Shown piece after piece: positions 58,501-64,000 of a stretch of DNA of 64,000 bases. The position numbers and the translations under genes were made by a program. The stretch comes from Camelus ferus. Its lineage: Eukaryota. Under the pieces are notes generated by a model. The model did not search any database. It was not told where the DNA came from and saw only the letters and a program-made list of their open reading frames with translations. Position 1 is the stretch's first letter, and the number at the start of each line of letters is the position of its first letter. Where the stretch lies: positions 95,482,001 to 95,546,000 of the forward strand of contig NC_045697.1 in NCBI RefSeq assembly GCF_009834535.1, in the 5' to 3' direction.

Positions 58501-60799
58501 TCTGTCCTTCCTGACTGCTGCTCGCACAGGTTTGGCAGAGATACTTGCAAGTGAAGGATCACAATGATGCCCAACTAAGATGAGGAAACTGAAAGCTTTC
58601 AAAGCTCAGTGTTTATTAGCTCAACACATGTAGTTTTTGAATTAGCATTTTAGTGCTTTTCACACTGAAATCATTTCATGCACATTCTAAAACAAATCCT
58701 GTTGGAATTTTAAAATTTAAAATGATAGTTTCACATTTTTGTTGATGCCCACTTTCTATTGATCCCCATAGTTGTTTTTAGCAATGGCTGTTTTCTAATT
58801 GTAGTAGTCATAGATACATATCTTAAATATTAATCATAATCGATTTTTTTTATTTCTACAAGAAATGTATTTTTTCTGTCTTGAGGTATATGGCCTTTTC
58901 AGTTTATCTTAGGTTTTCCACACTTTTAAAGGTACAGTATGGGAAGCCATAGCCTGGTCTAATATTCAGTTAACAAAAAAACTCTCCGAAATAAGTTATT
59001 GAAGCATGGCTAAAAATTTCCTTTTATATATATAGGTAAGCTGTAGTCTGGATACCTCCAATCTTGCAGAACCTGCTCTTTTCTAGGTAGTTTGAATATA
59101 TACCATTTTTTGAAGGTATGATTTGTTGCGACCAATGGACTCAAAGCAGTGATATCCATCTATGGTGCTATTTATTGATGGTTGTAGGAGATGAAATGCC
59201 TGTATTGTAATTTAGGAGCCCATAAAGCTCTGTGTACCACTCTCCAAGAAAGTCCCATTTCTGTTCCCTCATGATGTTCTGTAGAAGAATCATTTATTTT
59301 GTAACAAAGTCTAACAAAATTTTAAGTACTATAAATCAAGCTAAGCTGTCTATACATGATGTGTGCTAGACAGAGAAGACAGCATCATGATGAGTTAGGA
59401 TCTGAAATGTTTGTCCCTCTAGTTTTGAATGTTATTTCAGTTCCAACTACTATAAAATTGTAAGGGTGGAGTTAGGTGAGGAGAGGTAATTTATAAGTCT
59501 CCTTTCGTCTTTAAACCTAATTCTGTGAAAACATCCCTGAATATTAATTTTAGTAACAGAGGTAGAAAAGGGAGCATGAAGGCACCCCACAATATGGTAG
59601 GTAGAGATGGGGCAAATAAATAATTTAGCTTAGGAAATCTAAAAATCAAATCTGAGTTTTGTCTTAGTCAGACTCCATGCCTTACCCATGTTCTCTAAAG
59701 GAAGAAAAGAGAACACTTGTTCTGGATGAGATAATGTCTTTATTTTTCTGTCTCCAGCAGCCAATCTCATGAAATTGATTTTTATTTGGCAAATAGCAAA
59801 GAAAAGTTAATTTTGTAATACATCATTCAGACCAAATGACATGTCTGACTTTATTTTATAAGAAACCGATGTAATATATTAAGAATAACGCTTTATATAA
59901 TTGAATATATATTTCCAAAGAGAATATCAGATAAGTTTAATTTTTTAAACCGGTAAAACCTGGCTACTTTTTTTCCCCCTCTCTGTGACTGAAAGGGAAT
60001 TGCTATAAAATGAAAATGAAGTTACATGCTTCGGAAACTTGGATTTAACAAGGAGTGCTAAAATTCAACCTTGCATTAGTCATTATAATTTTTGACACTG
60101 TCTTAATGTGTGAAGGAAGAATTGAACTCTTGAGCTAGAAAGGGCATCGTTAAAAGACAAGATTGCCTTTCTGTATGACAGATATTAATATTAGATCATT
60201 TGCTTGGCTAGGAACAGAGCTTGTGAGGTGTATGGAGGCCACACAAATTTGGTTGAGATTGAAAACCTTTCTTGCTGTATTTCTTCCTCCTTCCTCAATA
60301 CTTTCCCAATGAATTAAAAGAAATATGACTGAGTATTAATTGGTTTTGCTGCTGTGTTCCACATTTGTTACAGAAAAAAGATATTCCATTGAAATGCTTG
60401 ATTCAAATAAGAGCATTCTGCCTTGTCCTGGAGGCTTTGAAGACAAAATATTTTATGTTTTCAGAAAATCCAACTTGCATAGAACCTGAGAAATGTCCTT
60501 ATTTGTAATGTATCCCTTCCACAAATGCACATACCAGCCAGACGTAACTCAAAACAGCCAGTTATTTTCCTTCAAAATAAAAGAAGACAGTTTCGGATTT
60601 TGTGTTTTATTTTCCCCACCAGACCATTAATTAACTCAGAGGTTGAAATGAGGCATCTCAGAAAAATTATACACATTTTTTCCCAAGTACAGTTAAGAAA
60701 GAAAAAAAACAGAGGAAGAACAAAAGGAGAGAGGAGAAGGGAGTGAGTTTAAGCACATGTGTATTCACTAGCTTGTCATCGTCCCTGCAACATAGACAG

Positions 60800-61000
60800 G
60801 ATTGCAGTTAAGGCTAATGAAGATGGAACCCAACTTCCTGAGTTCGCAACCTGACTACTACTTACTAGCTGTGTAGTCTGATGCAAGTTGTACACTGTCT
60901 CTAGGCTTCACTTTCCTTTTCTGTTGTTTAGAATAAAAATAGTTCCTTCCTCCTAGAGTTATATGGACTTGAGCTAATATTTCTATAGCACACAATACTA
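60800..61000 (+). mobile_element. MIR SINE
   Basis: 'cctgagttcgcaacctgactactacttactagctgtgt...gcaagtt...cttcactttcct'. Confidence 0.7.
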
Positions 61001-63739
61001 CATACAGAACTTCTTAAATATAAATAACTGGTCTCTGTTGTGTCACAGACAGGTTGATATATGGTTTTTGTAACTTTCCTAGGTTATGAAGTCATTTGAA
61101 TTTGTGGTTTCTAACTTAAGTCTGGGTTGAAATGGCTTGGATCTTGATGTTGGGTAAAGACATCTTCTTGATACTGCTGCTGTCTGCTGGGAGATGATTC
61201 TTTACGGGTCTCTACAAATTTCTTGAGTTAAAAAGCCTGGAGTTGCGAGTGGATGTGATGTGTTTTGAAGCAGGACATACAGAGATTTAAAACCAAGGAT
61301 CTCTGATGTCAAATCCAGAAACAACAGCTTGTAAGAGGCACTGACCCCAGTTATCTATCTAAGAGTAACAAAAAAAATTATAAAAGAATGTGCAAATGTT
61401 TGATTTCATCTGCATAGTCAGTGTTATGAAGCGCAAATACACCGTTGAGTTTTCTCTACTCCTGGCCAGGTGTTCACTTCACACCCAGAATGGTAGACAT
61501 GACACAGATATTCTAAAGAAGACAGCTGCCTTAAAGTGTATGTCAACCTTATCTTCAGCAATTGAACATTCAGTGATTTTAACAATGGTCATATATTCGG
61601 AGCTCAGTAAACAGTTGCTGCTTGCATTTCTGCCTGATCTATAAAGGCTCTAGTTTATCATCTAGTGCCTTACAACTGACTTCCTTTATTTTACATGTTG
61701 AGACGGAGGCTTAAGATTTTCTGCCAAGAGGGAGAACTTTAAAGTTATCTGCAAGTATGGAAGCCATTTTGATGCCAGTTACCAATGATCGGCCACACAG
61801 GGAATTGAGCAGACATGAAAAATGTAGAAAGGAAAAAGACAGGCTGCTATTGAGAGGGTGGGGCACCAGATCCTCTGCTAAATGCTTCCCACGCGTTGTG
61901 TGTTGGGTGTATTACTTATGCTCTGCAGGCTCCAGCCTGACATCTCTGAAATGGTGATGCTCATGACACCTAACACACCATGTGACTGCTTATCGGGTTA
62001 TGTAAAATCATACAGGTATGGCATTGAAAGTAGTGCCTGACTCCAAAATTGGCATATAATACTTTTAATTATGAAATATTTGTAATAACCCTATGAACAC
62101 AGATAATATTATTTTATTCAATTTTTAAAGAACAAAATTTGGACTTACAAAGAGTGAGTCACTTGCCCTGAGTTGAACAGCCGGTACGTGGTGGTGATTT
62201 AAAGAAAAGCAGCTCACAGTGACTGTAGCACGTAATCCTCCTCAAAAGATTGCAAGTGCCTTGGGGTGTGAGGCCAAGATGCTTTCCAACAATGTGTTGC
62301 TTGGTAATTAATCTGGCATCCTAAAGTATATTCCACAATACATTCTTGTTTATTGTATGGTTATATAAGCAAAATCTGTTCTATCAGTTTTGGTATTTTT
62401 TTTGAAAATGTAGGAACCAATTTATGAGATGGGGTCATTTTCTCCACATTTATCATTGCTATGGTATGATCATTATATCTTTTCTTAACAACTGTAGAAA
62501 CTATATAATTAAATATTAACTTGAATTTCCATGTGAGTATAATTCAGTGGTTATGAAAAATCACAGTTCCCTAGTGTAAATCTACTCGAGTCAAAATTTT
62601 GCCACAGGCAATTACGACTCACCAGTAATGATTTCCTTTAAAGTCAATTATAATGGCTCCTTACAAGATGCTGTATTACAAACTGATTCATAAGAACGTA
62701 TGGCACGTGACTAAGTGATAGACGTTAAGGTACAAAAATGCAGCTATCACTAACCTCTAAAGTCTTATTTAGAACTAATGACCTTAAGATACACTGTTAT
62801 GTCTATCTAAAGGCTCACCATTTGAATAAATTCTATCCTTTCCTTTCTTGTAACCATTGTGCTTGCTGTTGTTTTCAATTTGTGAGCCAACTGTCTCACA
62901 CACATCTCCCCAAATCAAGCCCCAGATCGAATCACAACTTCCCTGTGTACAAATGTGGCTTTCTTATATCACAGCCAGGAACAAAAACAAAAGGGAAGAG
63001 AAGCAAAACAAAACATTGTAAAAGAAGGATATCTTTGCTATTATGATTACAAATATATTTAAATTCCACAGCGTTAGTACTCTGTAGTCGTATATGTAAT
63101 ATGAATAAGCTTGTATTTCAAATAAAACATCAACTAGTCAGCTAATCAAGGTTCCCCTTCAATATGCTATCTATACATATATATGTGTATGCATAAAGAA
63201 AGTGAGGGTTTTATAGATAATTGAAAATCAGAAATAATTCCAAATTAACTGAGATTCCATTTTGTAATGCTTTGGAGGATTTTAGCGTCTCTAATTATTT
63301 TTCCTCTTAGCTATGGTCTTTACTAGGCTTAAGAACCAAGGGAGTGATTACTTGTGGATAAGTTTTCCATTTGTACCTGTCTGAATGTAAAATTGTTTAC
63401 CAGGCTTACTTACATCCTTTGCTAATGATTTTCTGCTTCAGTTACATCAAATCAATTTTGAACTCCTGAATACATTGGAAGGTAGGGAATGGCGCAACGA
63501 GAAAAAGTTGGCTCAAAACATATCACAGAATCTCGTTTCATAGACTTAATAAACAACTGCTAGTACTCAGTGGGCTACATGACACATAATAGGTGCTTTA
63601 CAAGTCATTATGGAAAAATTACCATTGTTCTAACTACAGATATTCTTTGGTATCCTCTAGGACTTCAGTCTCATTAAAATGATGAATGCATTTTGATTGA
63701 TGTTAATCTTGAACTGCTAACAATAATCATTACAATATA

Positions 63740-63960
63740 CCTATTATTTACTGTGGGCTTATTACTATGTGTTCAGGCACTAAGCTAAACACCTTATGAT
63801 AGTATCTCATTAAATTCTCACATTACGTACTGCAATAATTTGGATTCAAATATGAAGGAACAAAGACAAATGGGAGATTGAATAGATTTCCCCAAGTTAA
63901 GTAATCACTGAATGTGAACTTGGCATTAAAACTCAATCACTACGACCCCATTACCACAGT
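63740..63960 (-). mobile_element. MIR SINE
   Basis: 'tactatgtgttcaggcactaagctaaacacctt...atctcattaaattctcaca...'. Confidence 0.65.
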
Positions 63961-64000
63961 CGCTACTGGGAATTCTATTCTTATTCCTCAAGCTACACTA

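Noticed and set aside
1..64000. CRISPR arrays, tRNA/rRNA genes, numts, processed pseudogenes, non-retroviral viral inserts
   Set aside because: None recognised on either strand by eye; highly diverged copies cannot be excluded without searches.

Overview
Mammalian genomic DNA, mostly AT-rich and dominated by transposon remnants. The young L1 3' ends look cetartiodactyl, probably camelid; this is an inference, and I saw no ruminant Bov-type, CHR-type or pig PRE-type SINE. I cannot support any intact host protein-coding gene. The only recognisable proteins are broken L1 ORF2 fragments (34.4-36.7 kb, 41.7-43.7 kb) and a decayed ERVL gag-pol (about 21.6-24.8 kb). Other repeats are L2, MIR, MLT1 LTRs, a MER4-group ERV1 remnant, two solo LTRs with target-site duplications (TSDs) and hAT/Tigger MITEs. 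The one anomaly is a ~6.2 kb GC-rich block (about 15,014-21,240). It begins at a degenerate (TAACCC)n telomeric tract and contains a CpG-island promoter with a first-exon splice donor, candidate short exons on both strands and two degenerate minisatellites, but no gene body I can recognise. It looks like a subtelomere-derived promoter fragment placed in AT-rich DNA. Repeat family names come from recalled consensus motifs, not from a database search, and most repeat boundaries are approximate.
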